Shown piece by piece: positions 36,572 to 46,438 of a stretch of 64,000 bases of DNA. Source of the stretch: Gemmatimonadota bacterium (GTDB lineage Bacteria; Gemmatimonadota; Gemmatimonadetes; Gemmatimonadales; GWC2-71-9); assembly GCA_003222135.1 (NCBI GenBank), contig QHUM01000047.1, positions 272-64,271 on the forward strand, written 5' to 3'. The stretch's first letter is position 1; every line of letters starts with the position of its first letter. The notes beneath the pieces were generated by a model. That model saw nothing but the letters and a program-made list of their open reading frames with translations. It ran no database searches and was not told the DNA's origin. Both the position numbers and the translations under genes were made by a program.

Positions 36572-38317
36572 ATGCGCGCGACCGTCCTGACTCTGGTCTG
36601 CCTCCTCGCCCCGGCAGTCGCCCGCGCCCAGGACACGGCCATCGTCATCAACCCCGAGAGCGTGAGCGTCGCGCCGCAACCGGGCGAGCTGCCGCGCCTC
36701 GTGGCGGAGGAGGCGATCCGTTTCTACAACGCCCCGACCACGACCCGTCTGGTGGGCCGCTCGCGGCTGCCTCGGGGCAACGAGTGGCGCGGCGACGTGG
36801 CCGTGCGCAACGGCACAGTCTCGGTGGGCGGCCGCATCCAGGGCACCCTGCTCGTGATCAACGGGGACGCGAGCGTCGACTCGGGTGCCGTGATCTCGGG
36901 AGACCTGATCGTGATCGGCGGGACCGCGACGCAGACGCCGGGCGCCGCGGTGGGAGGCGAGATGCGCGTGTACCGCGCCCCGCTCGGATATCGCACGCAG
37001 GGCGAGGAGATCGCCCTGGCGCGGGTGAACCCGCGCCGCTGGCTCCGCAATGTGGGCGTGGAAAAGTCGTGGGGCACCGCCGACTCACGCTCGTCGCTCA
37101 CACTCGCCACGGGCGGCACCTTCAACCGGGTCGAGGGCTTGCCGGTCGTGTTCGGTCCGATGTTCGACTGGAAGCTCCAGCAGAACGTGCGGTTCCGGCT
37201 CGACGCGCTGGGAGTGTTCCGCACGGCAGGGGACCTGACGGACCGGCGCAGCGACTTGGGCTATCTGTTGGGCACGGAGCTGCGCGCGGGCGAAGTCCCT
37301 GCCTACGGCGCCGAGGTGCGGGCCTATGACGCGGTCGTGCCGGTCGAGGACTGGGGACTGCATAACGCGGAGATCGGCTGGTCGGCGTTCCTGTTCCAGC
37401 GCGACTATCGCGACTACTACCTGAGCAAGGGACTCGCGGGCCGCGTGTTCGTGCAGCCGACGCGGCTGCTTCACCTCGCCCTCGACGTGCGGCATGAGTG
37501 GCAGACGAGCGTGGCGGCGCGCGACCCGTGGACCTTGTTCCGCCACGATCAGCCGTGGCGCCCCAACCCGCCGATCGACGCGGGACACTACACCACGGTG
37601 AGCGGCACGGTCACCCTGGACACGCGCAACGATCGTACCGACCCGACGGCGGGGTGGTTCGTGTCGGCCCAGCTCGAGAGCTCGCACAGCAAAGACGTGA
37701 GCCCCCAGACGGGCGTGCCGACGACCGTGCGCCGCCCCATCCCCACGGACGGCTCGTACCGGTTTACCCGGGCGTTCTTCGATTTGCGCCGCTACACCCG
37801 CGTCAGCCCCTCCGGGCGCGTGAATCTCCGCCTGCTGGCCGGCGGCTGGCTGGGCGGCGACCCCCTGCCGCTGCAGCGCCGGCTCTCGATCGGCGGACCC
37901 GATCCGCTGGCGGGGTACGGCTTCCGTGGCAGTGCGTGCAACCGCGACATCACCGACGCGGCGTTCAGGGGCACCCTCCTCGCCGCGTGCGACCGGGTGC
38001 TCCTGGTACAGGCCGAGTACCGGGGCCACATCTCGCTCCACTGGGCGTACAACTCCTCGCGCCCGGAGGACGAGCAGTCCAAATCGCTGTTCGCCTTGCG
38101 CGGCCCCGATCTCGTCGTGCTGGGCGACGCCGGCCAGGCGTGGCTCGTCGGCACCGGGCCGGGCCGGGTGCCGAGCGACCGGCTGCCGACGATCGGGAGC
38201 TGGCTCGGAAATCTGGGACTGGGCGTCGACTGGGGCGGGTTCGGCCTGTACGTGGCGAAGGCGGTGACGGCGGGCGAGCCTTTGCGATTCACGCTGCGAC
38301 TCGACCATCGCTTCTGA
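36572..38317 (+). CDS. Outer-membrane protein: bactofilin-like beta-helix + Omp85/BamA-TamA-like barrel
   Basis: Signal peptide; GDVAV.NG.V.V.G.I.G...G..V...I.GD repeats; LDTRND, LAGYGF, C-terminal F. Confidence 0.75.
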   Translation: MRATVLTLVCLLAPAVARAQDTAIVINPESVSVAPQPGELPRLVAEEAIRFYNAPTTTRLVGRSRLPRGNEWRGDVAVRNGTVSVGGRIQGTLLVINGDASVDSGAVISGDLIVIGGTATQTPGAAVGGEMRVYRAPLGYRTQGEEIALARVNPRRWLRNVGVEKSWGTADSRSSLTLATGGTFNRVEGLPVVFGPMFDWKLQQNVRFRLDALGVFRTAGDLTDRRSDLGYLLGTELRAGEVPAYGAEVRAYDAVVPVEDWGLHNAEIGWSAFLFQRDYRDYYLSKGLAGRVFVQPTRLLHLALDVRHEWQTSVAARDPWTLFRHDQPWRPNPPIDAGHYTTVSGTVTLDTRNDRTDPTAGWFVSAQLESSHSKDVSPQTGVPTTVRRPIPTDGSYRFTRAFFDLRRYTRVSPSGRVNLRLLAGGWLGGDPLPLQRRLSIGGPDPLAGYGFRGSACNRDITDAAFRGTLLAACDRVLLVQAEYRGHISLHWAYNSSRPEDEQSKSLFALRGPDLVVLGDAGQAWLVGTGPGRVPSDRLPTIGSWLGNLGLGVDWGGFGLYVAKAVTAGEPLRFTLRLDHRF

Positions 38318-38318
38318 G

Positions 38319-38948
38319 GTGAGGGCGGGGCTCCGTCTCCTCGCCCTGCTCGCGTGCGCGGCGGCCGCCCCCTCCCCCCCGGCCGGCGCGCAACAGCCCT
38401 CGCTGACGGTGCTCGTGCAGAGCGGCGTGCCTCGTGTCCAGGCCACCGCGCTGCTCGCCGACGGCAAGTTCGTCGGCCTGATGCGGTCGGGATTTCCGCT
38501 GCGGCTGCATTATCGCCTCGAGCTGTGGCGCGCGCGCTCGGGCTGGTTCGATCAGTTCGTGAGCGACTGGCCGTGGGACGCGGTGGCGAACCACGATCCC
38601 ATCGCCGATGATTTCGTGTTGATCCGCACCGAAAACGGCGCGGTGACGCGCTACGCCACCGGCGACAGTCTCGAGCGGGCGCTCGAGATCCCGTACCGCG
38701 TCCGACTCGCGCCGAAGGGGTCGGGCAAGTTCTACTTCCTCTGTCGCCTCGACGTCACGACGCTCAATGACACCGATCTGGAAGAGCTGACGCGCTGGCT
38801 CAAAGGCGACGTGAGTCCGGCGGTCTCGGGCGAAGGGAACGTGGGCGGCGCACTGGTGCGCGGCCTGCAGCGGATTCTGGTGCGGATTGCCGGACTACCA
38901 CGCCTCACCCTCGAGGCCCGGTCGGAGACGTTTACCAGCGGCCCGTAG
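38319..38948 (+). CDS. DUF4390-like exported protein
   Basis: Signal peptide, SGFPLRLHYRLELWR.R.GWFD pattern. Confidence 0.65.
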   Translation: MRAGLRLLALLACAAAAPSPPAGAQQPSLTVLVQSGVPRVQATALLADGKFVGLMRSGFPLRLHYRLELWRARSGWFDQFVSDWPWDAVANHDPIADDFVLIRTENGAVTRYATGDSLERALEIPYRVRLAPKGSGKFYFLCRLDVTTLNDTDLEELTRWLKGDVSPAVSGEGNVGGALVRGLQRILVRIAGLPRLTLEARSETFTSGP

Positions 38949-38972
38949 GGGCACGGCGTGCCGTGCCCTTAC
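38945..38972. repeat. GTAG-type REP palindrome GTAGGGGCACGGCGTGCCGTGCCCTTAC
   Basis: Near-perfect inverted repeat starting GTAG; contains both convergent stop codons. Confidence 0.8.
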
Positions 38973-39517
38973 AGCGCCTCCAGGGTTGCGAGCACGTCGC
39001 CGCCGTAGAACAGCCGGATGTACTTCGACTGGATCGACGTGAGCCGGCGTACCGCCCATGCCAGGTGCACGAAGTGCGGCTCGAACGGGGGCCGCATCGG
39101 GTGCATCCCCGCCTCCTCGGGCAGCAGGTTGCCCTTCCGGGTGTTACAGCTACTGCATGCCGTCAATACGTTCGTCCAGGCGTTCGTGCCCCCCCGCGAC
39201 AGGGGCACCAGGTGGTCCCGGGTCAGGCACTCCCTGTGCCGCAGCTCCTGCTGGCTGCGCCCGCAGAACTGGCAGCGGTAGTTGTCGCGGGCGAAGAGGA
39301 AGGTATTGGTGACCTGGCGGCGGAAGCGACGTGGGACGTGGACGAATTTCACGAGGCGGATGACGGCCGGCCGGGGGAATTGCAGGCGCTCGCTGCGCAC
39401 GACGGAGCCGTCGGCCTCGACGATCTCCGCCTTCCGGTCGATCACGAGGCGCAAGGCACGCCGTACGGGCACCATGGTCAGGGGCTCGAACGAGGCGTTC
39501 AGCGCAAGGCAGCGCAC
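38969..39517 (-). CDS. HNH endonuclease (McrA-like HNH_5)
   Basis: RDNYRCQFCG, TRDHLVP.SRGG, N..TAC..CN.RK. Confidence 0.93.
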   Translation of the reverse strand: MRCLALNASFEPLTMVPVRRALRLVIDRKAEIVEADGSVVRSERLQFPRPAVIRLVKFVHVPRRFRRQVTNTFLFARDNYRCQFCGRSQQELRHRECLTRDHLVPLSRGGTNAWTNVLTACSSCNTRKGNLLPEEAGMHPMRPPFEPHFVHLAWAVRRLTSIQSKYIRLFYGGDVLATLEAL

Positions 39518-39615
39518 AGCATTTTCTCCAGGCGAAAAAGCGGCCGTCTCGCCGTGGAACGAGCGGGACGGCCTCGTATGCTACACAACCGCCTAACGCG
39601 CGGCAAGAGCTAGGG

Positions 39616-41049
39616 TTATGTCCCCGCGCCCGCACCGAACAGCTTGCGCAGCTCCTCCAGCTGATCCTCCACGGACTTACGGGACGACCCGCCGGGGGTC
39701 GCGCGCCCCTCGACGCTGTCTTCCCAGGTGCCGAGTTGTGCCAGCGCCGCGCCCAACGCCGGGTGGATCCCCCCGGCGACGACCTGCGGCACGCGATCGA
39801 GCGGCACGCCGGCACGCTCGGCCTCTCGGACCAGTTTCCCCACGAGGGCGTGGCTCTCCCGGAACGGCACTCCCGCCTCGACCAGGAGATCGGCCAGGTC
39901 GGTGGCGCGGAGCGACGCATCGAGCGCCGCGCGCATGCGCTCCGGGTCGATGCCGAGCGACGCGAGCGCGCCCGTGACGGCGGGCAACACCACGGCCAGG
40001 GTGTCGAAGGCGTCGAACAGCAACGCCTTGTCCTCCTGCAGATCCTTCGAGTAACCCGCGGGAATGCCCTTGAGCGTCGTGAGCAGCGCCACCAAGTCGC
40101 CGAGCAGACGGCCCGATTTGGCGCGGGCGAGCTCGAACACATCGGGGTTGCGCTTCTGGGGCATCAGGCTCGACCCGGTGCTGAAGTCGTCAGCGAGCCG
40201 GACGAACCCGTACTCCGAGCTCGCGTACTGAATCAGCTCCGCGCTGAGGCGCGAGAGGTGCGTGCCCACCAGCGCGATGTGGAACAGCACCTCGGCCACG
40301 AAGTCGCGGTCGCCCGTGGCGTCCAGTGCGTTGGCGGACACGGCGCGGAATCCGAGGGCTTCCTTGAGCAGCACGCGGTCGACGACGAAGCCCGATCCCG
40401 CGATCGCCCCCGAGCCGAGCGGCAGCTCGGCCACGCGGCGTCGCGCGTCGGCGAGCCGCTGGCGGTCGCGCACCAGCGGCCAGGCGTGGGCGACGAGGAC
40501 GTACGCCCAGCGCACCGGTTGCGCCCGCTGGCCGTGCGTGTAGCCGGGGAGGATCGCGTCGATGCCCTCGCGAGCACGCCCGACGAGGGTGCGACCGAGC
40601 GCCGCCAGGTCGGCGTCGAGCTGGTCGATCGCGCCGAGCGTCCAGAGACGGAGGTCGGTCGCGACCTGATCGTTGCGAGAGCGGCCGGTGTGGAGCTTCC
40701 CCGCTACGGCGCCGACTTCGTCATACAGGAGCCGCTCGACCAACGTGTGGACGTCCTCGTCGGGGGCCCCGACCGCGGCGCCGTCCGCCAGGCGCTCGGC
40801 CACGCGATCGAGCCCGTCCAACAACTGGGACTCTTCGGCCGGGTTCAGCACCCCGACCCGCCCCAACGCGTGCACCCATGCCTTGCTGGCGGTCACGTCC
40901 TGCGGCCACAAGCGGTGATCCACCGGCAAACTGCGGTTCAAGGCGTCGAGCGCCTCGCTCGGTCCCAGGCTAAAGCGCCCCCCCCACATCTGGTGGGGCG
41001 CTGGAGGAGTGGCAGGCGGGGGGCTGCTCTCGGTCGGGTGGCGGGCCAT
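39616..41049 (-). CDS. argH: Argininosuccinate lyase
   Basis: WGGRF, HTGRSRNDQ, PGYTH, TGSSLMPQKRNPD, YSKDLQEDK. Confidence 0.97.
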   Translation of the reverse strand: MARHPTESSPPPATPPAPHQMWGGRFSLGPSEALDALNRSLPVDHRLWPQDVTASKAWVHALGRVGVLNPAEESQLLDGLDRVAERLADGAAVGAPDEDVHTLVERLLYDEVGAVAGKLHTGRSRNDQVATDLRLWTLGAIDQLDADLAALGRTLVGRAREGIDAILPGYTHGQRAQPVRWAYVLVAHAWPLVRDRQRLADARRRVAELPLGSGAIAGSGFVVDRVLLKEALGFRAVSANALDATGDRDFVAEVLFHIALVGTHLSRLSAELIQYASSEYGFVRLADDFSTGSSLMPQKRNPDVFELARAKSGRLLGDLVALLTTLKGIPAGYSKDLQEDKALLFDAFDTLAVVLPAVTGALASLGIDPERMRAALDASLRATDLADLLVEAGVPFRESHALVGKLVREAERAGVPLDRVPQVVAGGIHPALGAALAQLGTWEDSVEGRATPGGSSRKSVEDQLEELRKLFGAGAGT

Positions 41050-42281
41050 CAGTCGGCCGCCGCGACGGCGTCCTGCTCCCGGCGCACCGCATCCAGGCCG
41101 GCCCCGATCTTGATCGCGAGACCGTACAGGTGGATGAAGCCCTCGGCATCCTTCTGGTTGTAGACGTTGTCCTTCCCGAAGGTGGCATAGGACGGCTGAT
41201 ACAGCGCGTGCGGACTCTCCCGGCCGGCCACCGTAACGCTCCCCTTGTACAGCTTGAGCCCCACGGTTCCGGTCACGCGCTGCTGGGTGCTCGTGATCAG
41301 CGCATCGAGGGCCTCGCGCTCGGGGGTCCACCAGCGACCGTCGTACACCACGTCGGCATAGCGGAGGGCCACTTCGTCCTTGAGCCGCAGGGTGCGCCGG
41401 TCGAGCACCAGCTGCTCGAGCTCCCGGTGCGCGGCGTGGAGCAGCGTCCCGCCGGGCGTCTCGTAGACGCCACGGGACTTCATTCCCACGAGCCGATCCT
41501 CCACCACGTCCGCGCGGCCCACGCCGTGCTCCGCGGCGACATCGTTCAAGGTCTCGAGCAGCTCCACGGGACCGAGCGGCACGTGGTCCACCGAAACCGG
41601 CGTCCCTTCCTCGAAGCCGATCTGCACCACGACGGGCTCCGCGGGGGCGTCGAGCGGGCTCTTGGTCATGACGAAGATGTGTTCCGGTGCTTCGTGGGCG
41701 GGGTCTTCGAGGATGCCCCCTTCGTGGGAGCAATGCCACAGGTTCCGGTCGGTCGAGTACGGCTTCTCGAGCGTCGCCTGGACCGGAATGCCTTTCGCCT
41801 TGACGTAGGCGATCAGGTCCTCGCGACCCTGGAAGGTCCATTCGCGCCACGGGGCGATCACCTGCAGCTCCGGCGCGAGGGCGGCGTAGGTCAACTCGAA
41901 GCGGACCTGGTCGTTGCCCTTGCCGGTGCAGCCGTGGGCGACGGCCTGGGCGCCGATCCGCTGCGCCAGGGCGACCTGGTGAGCCGCGGTCACCGGCCGC
42001 GCCATGGCAGTGCCCAAGAGGTAGGTGCGCGCGTACACTGCCCCGGCACGGAGCGTGCGGAAGACGAAGTCCCGCACGAACTCCTCGCGGAGGTCCTCGA
42101 TCACGCAGTCCATCGCGCCGGAGCGCTTCGCCTTTTCGACCAGCCCCGCGAGCTCCCCCGCCCCCTGTCCCACGTCGGCGGCGAAGCACACCACCCGGGC
42201 GCGATGCTGCTCGCGCAGCCAGGGTACGATCGCGGACGTGTCGAGCCCGCCCGAATACGCCAGCACCACCAACGGCCCCAT
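41049..42281 (-). CDS. argG: Argininosuccinate synthase
   Basis: LAYSGGLDTS, HGCTGKGNDQVRFE, KSRGVYETPGG. Confidence 0.98.
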   Translation of the reverse strand: MGPLVVLAYSGGLDTSAIVPWLREQHRARVVCFAADVGQGAGELAGLVEKAKRSGAMDCVIEDLREEFVRDFVFRTLRAGAVYARTYLLGTAMARPVTAAHQVALAQRIGAQAVAHGCTGKGNDQVRFELTYAALAPELQVIAPWREWTFQGREDLIAYVKAKGIPVQATLEKPYSTDRNLWHCSHEGGILEDPAHEAPEHIFVMTKSPLDAPAEPVVVQIGFEEGTPVSVDHVPLGPVELLETLNDVAAEHGVGRADVVEDRLVGMKSRGVYETPGGTLLHAAHRELEQLVLDRRTLRLKDEVALRYADVVYDGRWWTPEREALDALITSTQQRVTGTVGLKLYKGSVTVAGRESPHALYQPSYATFGKDNVYNQKDAEGFIHLYGLAIKIGAGLDAVRREQDAVAAAD

Positions 42282-42295
42282 GTCGCGCTCCTCGT

Positions 42296-42346
42296 GTGTT
42301 TATGCAGTCGGATGCATAAACATACACGTCGTGGAGCGGCTGTCAA
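42296..42346 (-). promoter_or_regulatory. argG promoter (TTGACA-16-TATGTT) overlapped by ARG boxes
   Basis: Minus strand TGTATGTTTATGCA and TGCATAAACACAC resemble the ArgR consensus TGMAT-W4-ATKCA; GAGGAG RBS follows. Confidence 0.8.
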
Positions 42347-42398
42347 CGACCCCCGAGCCTAGCGCCCGCGCCCTGGCGCGCCGATCTTTTTGGTCCCG

Positions 42399-42986
42399 AT
42401 GAACCGGCGAGAATTGCTCCGTGTGCTTGGCGCCAGCGCGCTCCTGCCGGCGCTGCCGGGCCGTTCCGCCGAGCGCCTCGGCGCGGCTGGCCGGCGCATC
42501 CACGCGCAAGCCCGGAGTCGCGGGCTCCAGGTGCTCGATCCGCATCAAAGCGAGACGGTCGCCACGATCGCCGAGCTGATCATCCCCACGACCGACACGC
42601 CCGGCGCCCGGGCGGCCCAGGTGCACCGCTTCATCGATCTGCTGCTCGCCGAATGGGCGCCGGACGACGACCGGAAGCAGTTTCTCGACGGACTGGCCGA
42701 CGTGGACGCGCGTGCGCGCACCGCCTACGGCACGGATTTCATCAGCGCAACCGCGGCGCAACGCGAGGCGATCCTGACTGCGCTCGACGCCGACCTCCGG
42801 ACGCGGCAGGAGGCGAAACAGGATACCTGGAAGCTGTTCTTCCAGCGGATGAAGTTCCTCACGGTGTACGGCTACTGCACCTCCGAAGTCGGCGCCACGG
42901 CCGAGCTGCACTACGAGGTGATCCCGGGCTCCTACGACGGGTGCACGGACTTGAGGCGGATGAGCGCCGGCCCCGGGGATTTCTGA
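42399..42986 (+). CDS. Gluconate 2-dehydrogenase subunit-3 family (Tat chaperone subunit of GMC #1)
   Basis: MNRRELL Tat motif, IIPTTDTPGA, GYCTSEVG. Confidence 0.88.
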   Translation: MNRRELLRVLGASALLPALPGRSAERLGAAGRRIHAQARSRGLQVLDPHQSETVATIAELIIPTTDTPGARAAQVHRFIDLLLAEWAPDDDRKQFLDGLADVDARARTAYGTDFISATAAQREAILTALDADLRTRQEAKQDTWKLFFQRMKFLTVYGYCTSEVGATAELHYEVIPGSYDGCTDLRRMSAGPGDF

Positions 42987-44671
42987 TGGCGGCGCCCAGC
43001 TTCGACGCCATCGTCGTCGGCTCCGGGATCTCGGGCGGGTGGGCCGCGAAGGAGCTGTGCGAGCGCGGGCTCAAGACGCTCGTGCTCGAGGCCGGCCGGC
43101 CGATCGATCCCGCCCGGGACTACGTCGAGCACGTGCCGCCGTGGGCGATGAAGTTCCGCGGCTTCGGCGACCGCAAGGCGCTCGAGCGCGATCAGTTCAT
43201 CCAGCGCCACTGCTACGCCTGCAACGAGTACAGCGGCAAGTTCTTCGTGAACGACCGGGAGAACCCGTACAGCTTCGATCCCGACAAGCCGTTCCACTGG
43301 ATCCGTGGGCGCCAGGTCGGCGGCCGGTCCCTCATGTGGGGGCGGCAGGTGTACCGCTGGAGCGATCTCGACTTCGAGGCGAATGCGCGCGACGGCTTCG
43401 GCGTGGATTGGCCGATCCGCTACGCCGACATCGCGCCGTGGTACGACCACGTCGAGGAGTTCATCGGGATCTCGGGCGAGGCGCTCGGTCTCCCCCAGCT
43501 CCCCGACGGCAAGTTCCTCCCGCCGATGGCGCTGAACTGCGCCGAGCAGGTCGTGCGCGAGGGCGTCGCGAAGCGCTTCGCCCCGGAGCGGGTCGTGACG
43601 ATCGGCCGCGTCGCCATCCTCACGGCGCCGCACGGCGGGCGCGCGGCGTGCCACTACTGCGGGCCGTGCGAGCGCGGCTGCATCACGCACTCGTACTTCA
43701 ACAGCATCGGCGTGACGCTCCCGGCGGCGCGCGCCACGGGCCGGCTCACGCTGCGCCCCTACAGCGTGGTCGAGAGCGTCTTGTACGACGAGCGGCGCGA
43801 CCGGGCCACCGGTGTGCGCGTCATCGACGCGCAGACCCACCAGGCGCTCGAGTTCCACGCGCGCGTCGTCTTCCTGTGCGCCTCGACGCTCGAGTCGACC
43901 CGCATCCTCCTCAACTCGAAGACCCGCCGCTTCCCCGCCGGGCTCGCGAACGCGAGCGGTGCGCTCGGCAAGAACCTCATGGACCACATCATGGGCGGCG
44001 GGGCGGCGGGGATGATCCCGGGCATGGAAGACCGCGGCGTCCACGGGCACCGGCCCAACGGGATCTATGTGCCCCGATTCCGCAACGTGAAGACGCCGCA
44101 CCCCGACCTGCTGCGCGGGTACGGGTTTCAGGGCGGCGCCGATCGCGCGGGGTGGGGCCGCATGGCGTCGCAGCCCGGGTTCGGCGTCGAGCTCAAACGC
44201 GGCCTGCACACAGCCGGGCCCTGGCACTTCTCGTTCTACGGCTTCGGGGAATGCCTGCCCCGCCCGACCAACTTCGTGGAGATCGACTCGGAGAAGGTCG
44301 ACGCCTGGGGGGTTCCGGCGCTGCGGATCCACTGCGCGTGGAGCGACAACGAGCGCAAGCTGCTGCACGACATGTCGGTCACCGGGGCGGAGATGCTGGA
44401 GGCCGCGGGGGCGCGCGACATCCACTCCTTCACGGACGACAATCCACCGGGTCTCACGATCCACGAAATGGGCACCGCGCGGATGGGGCGCGACCCGAAG
44501 ACGTCGGTCCTGAACGCCCACAACCAGTGCCACGACGTGAAAAACGTGTTCGTCACCGACGGCGCCTGCATGGCGTCGACGGCATGTCAAAATCCGTCCA
44601 TCACGTACATGGCGCTCACGGCGCGGGCGGCGGCATACGCAGTGGAAGCGATGAAACGGAACGAACTGTAA
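42986..44671 (+). CDS. GMC oxidoreductase #1 (glycoside 3-dehydrogenase LacA-like)
   Basis: GSGISGG, GGRSLMWGRQ, CHYCGPCERGC, IHEMGTARMG, QNPS. Confidence 0.93.
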   Translation: MAAPSFDAIVVGSGISGGWAAKELCERGLKTLVLEAGRPIDPARDYVEHVPPWAMKFRGFGDRKALERDQFIQRHCYACNEYSGKFFVNDRENPYSFDPDKPFHWIRGRQVGGRSLMWGRQVYRWSDLDFEANARDGFGVDWPIRYADIAPWYDHVEEFIGISGEALGLPQLPDGKFLPPMALNCAEQVVREGVAKRFAPERVVTIGRVAILTAPHGGRAACHYCGPCERGCITHSYFNSIGVTLPAARATGRLTLRPYSVVESVLYDERRDRATGVRVIDAQTHQALEFHARVVFLCASTLESTRILLNSKTRRFPAGLANASGALGKNLMDHIMGGGAAGMIPGMEDRGVHGHRPNGIYVPRFRNVKTPHPDLLRGYGFQGGADRAGWGRMASQPGFGVELKRGLHTAGPWHFSFYGFGECLPRPTNFVEIDSEKVDAWGVPALRIHCAWSDNERKLLHDMSVTGAEMLEAAGARDIHSFTDDNPPGLTIHEMGTARMGRDPKTSVLNAHNQCHDVKNVFVTDGACMASTACQNPSITYMALTARAAAYAVEAMKRNEL

Positions 44672-44703
44672 GGCCCCAGAGATCAGGGGTCAGGGACCAG
44701 GGA
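44672..44703. repeat. Heptamer repeat remnant (CAGGGGT/CAGGGAC type)
   Basis: cagagat-caggggt-cagggac-caggg immediately after the GMC stop. Confidence 0.6.
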
Positions 44704-44714
44704 GGAAAGCAACG

Positions 44715-45562
44715 ATGACCAGTCGACGCGACTTCACGAAAACGCTCGGTGCCGCGGCCATGGGGTTTGCCGTTCGCCCCCTGGCCACGAGTCCCCAGCC
44801 CCTCGCCCTTACGCGCAAACTCGACCGCGTCGGGCTCCAGCTGTACACGGTGCGGCACGAGATGGAGAAGGATGTCGCAGCGACGATCGCCAAGGTGGCC
44901 GCCGCCGGCTATCAGGAAGTCGAGTTCGCGGGCTACTTCGGGAAGTCCCCGGCCGACGTGAAGGCCCTGCTCGATCACCACGGCCTGACGGCGCCGTCGG
45001 CGCACATCCCATCGCTCGCGCCCGACCAGTGGCGCGCGTCGCTCGACGCGGCGAAGGCGATCGGCCACCAATACGTCGTGGTGCCGTGGATTCCCGCGGA
45101 GGCGCGCAAGACCCTGGATGGCTTCAAGCGGGTCGCCCAGGACTTCAACCGCGCGGCGGCCCAAGCCCACGACGCGGGCTTGCAGTTCGCCTACCACAAC
45201 CACGACTTCGAATTCGTGCCCACGGAGGGCCGCCTGCCCTACGACGTCCTGCTCGAGACGACCGACCCCAAGCTCGTCCAGTTCGAGATGGACCTCTACT
45301 GGATCACCAAGGGCGGCCAGGATCCCCTCACCTACTTCGCGCGCTGGCCCGGCCGGATCCCGCTGGTGCACGTCAAGGACTCAGGGGGGCCGCCCGACCA
45401 TAAGATGATGGACGTCGGCGCGGGAACGATCGACTGGAAGAAGATCTTCGCGCGGGAAGACCAGGCCGGGATCCGCCACGCCTTCGTCGAGCACGATCAG
45501 CCGACCGACGCATTCGCCTCGATCAAGGCGAGCTGCGACTACCTGAAGCGGCTGGAGTTCTG

Positions 45563-45563
<1 letters not shown>
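44715..45563 (+). CDS. Tat-exported sugar phosphate isomerase/epimerase TIM-barrel
   Basis: SRRDF Tat motif, GLQLYTVR, YHNHDFEF, EMDLYW, HVKD, VEHD. Confidence 0.9.
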
Positions 45564-46423
<860 letters not shown>

Positions 46424-46438
46424 AAGGGAGGCACCGGC

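Noticed and set aside
38969-39517. HNH nuclease as a defence system or mobile element
   Set aside because: Stand-alone, widespread HNH_5 type; no methylase, cas, RT or transposase neighbours
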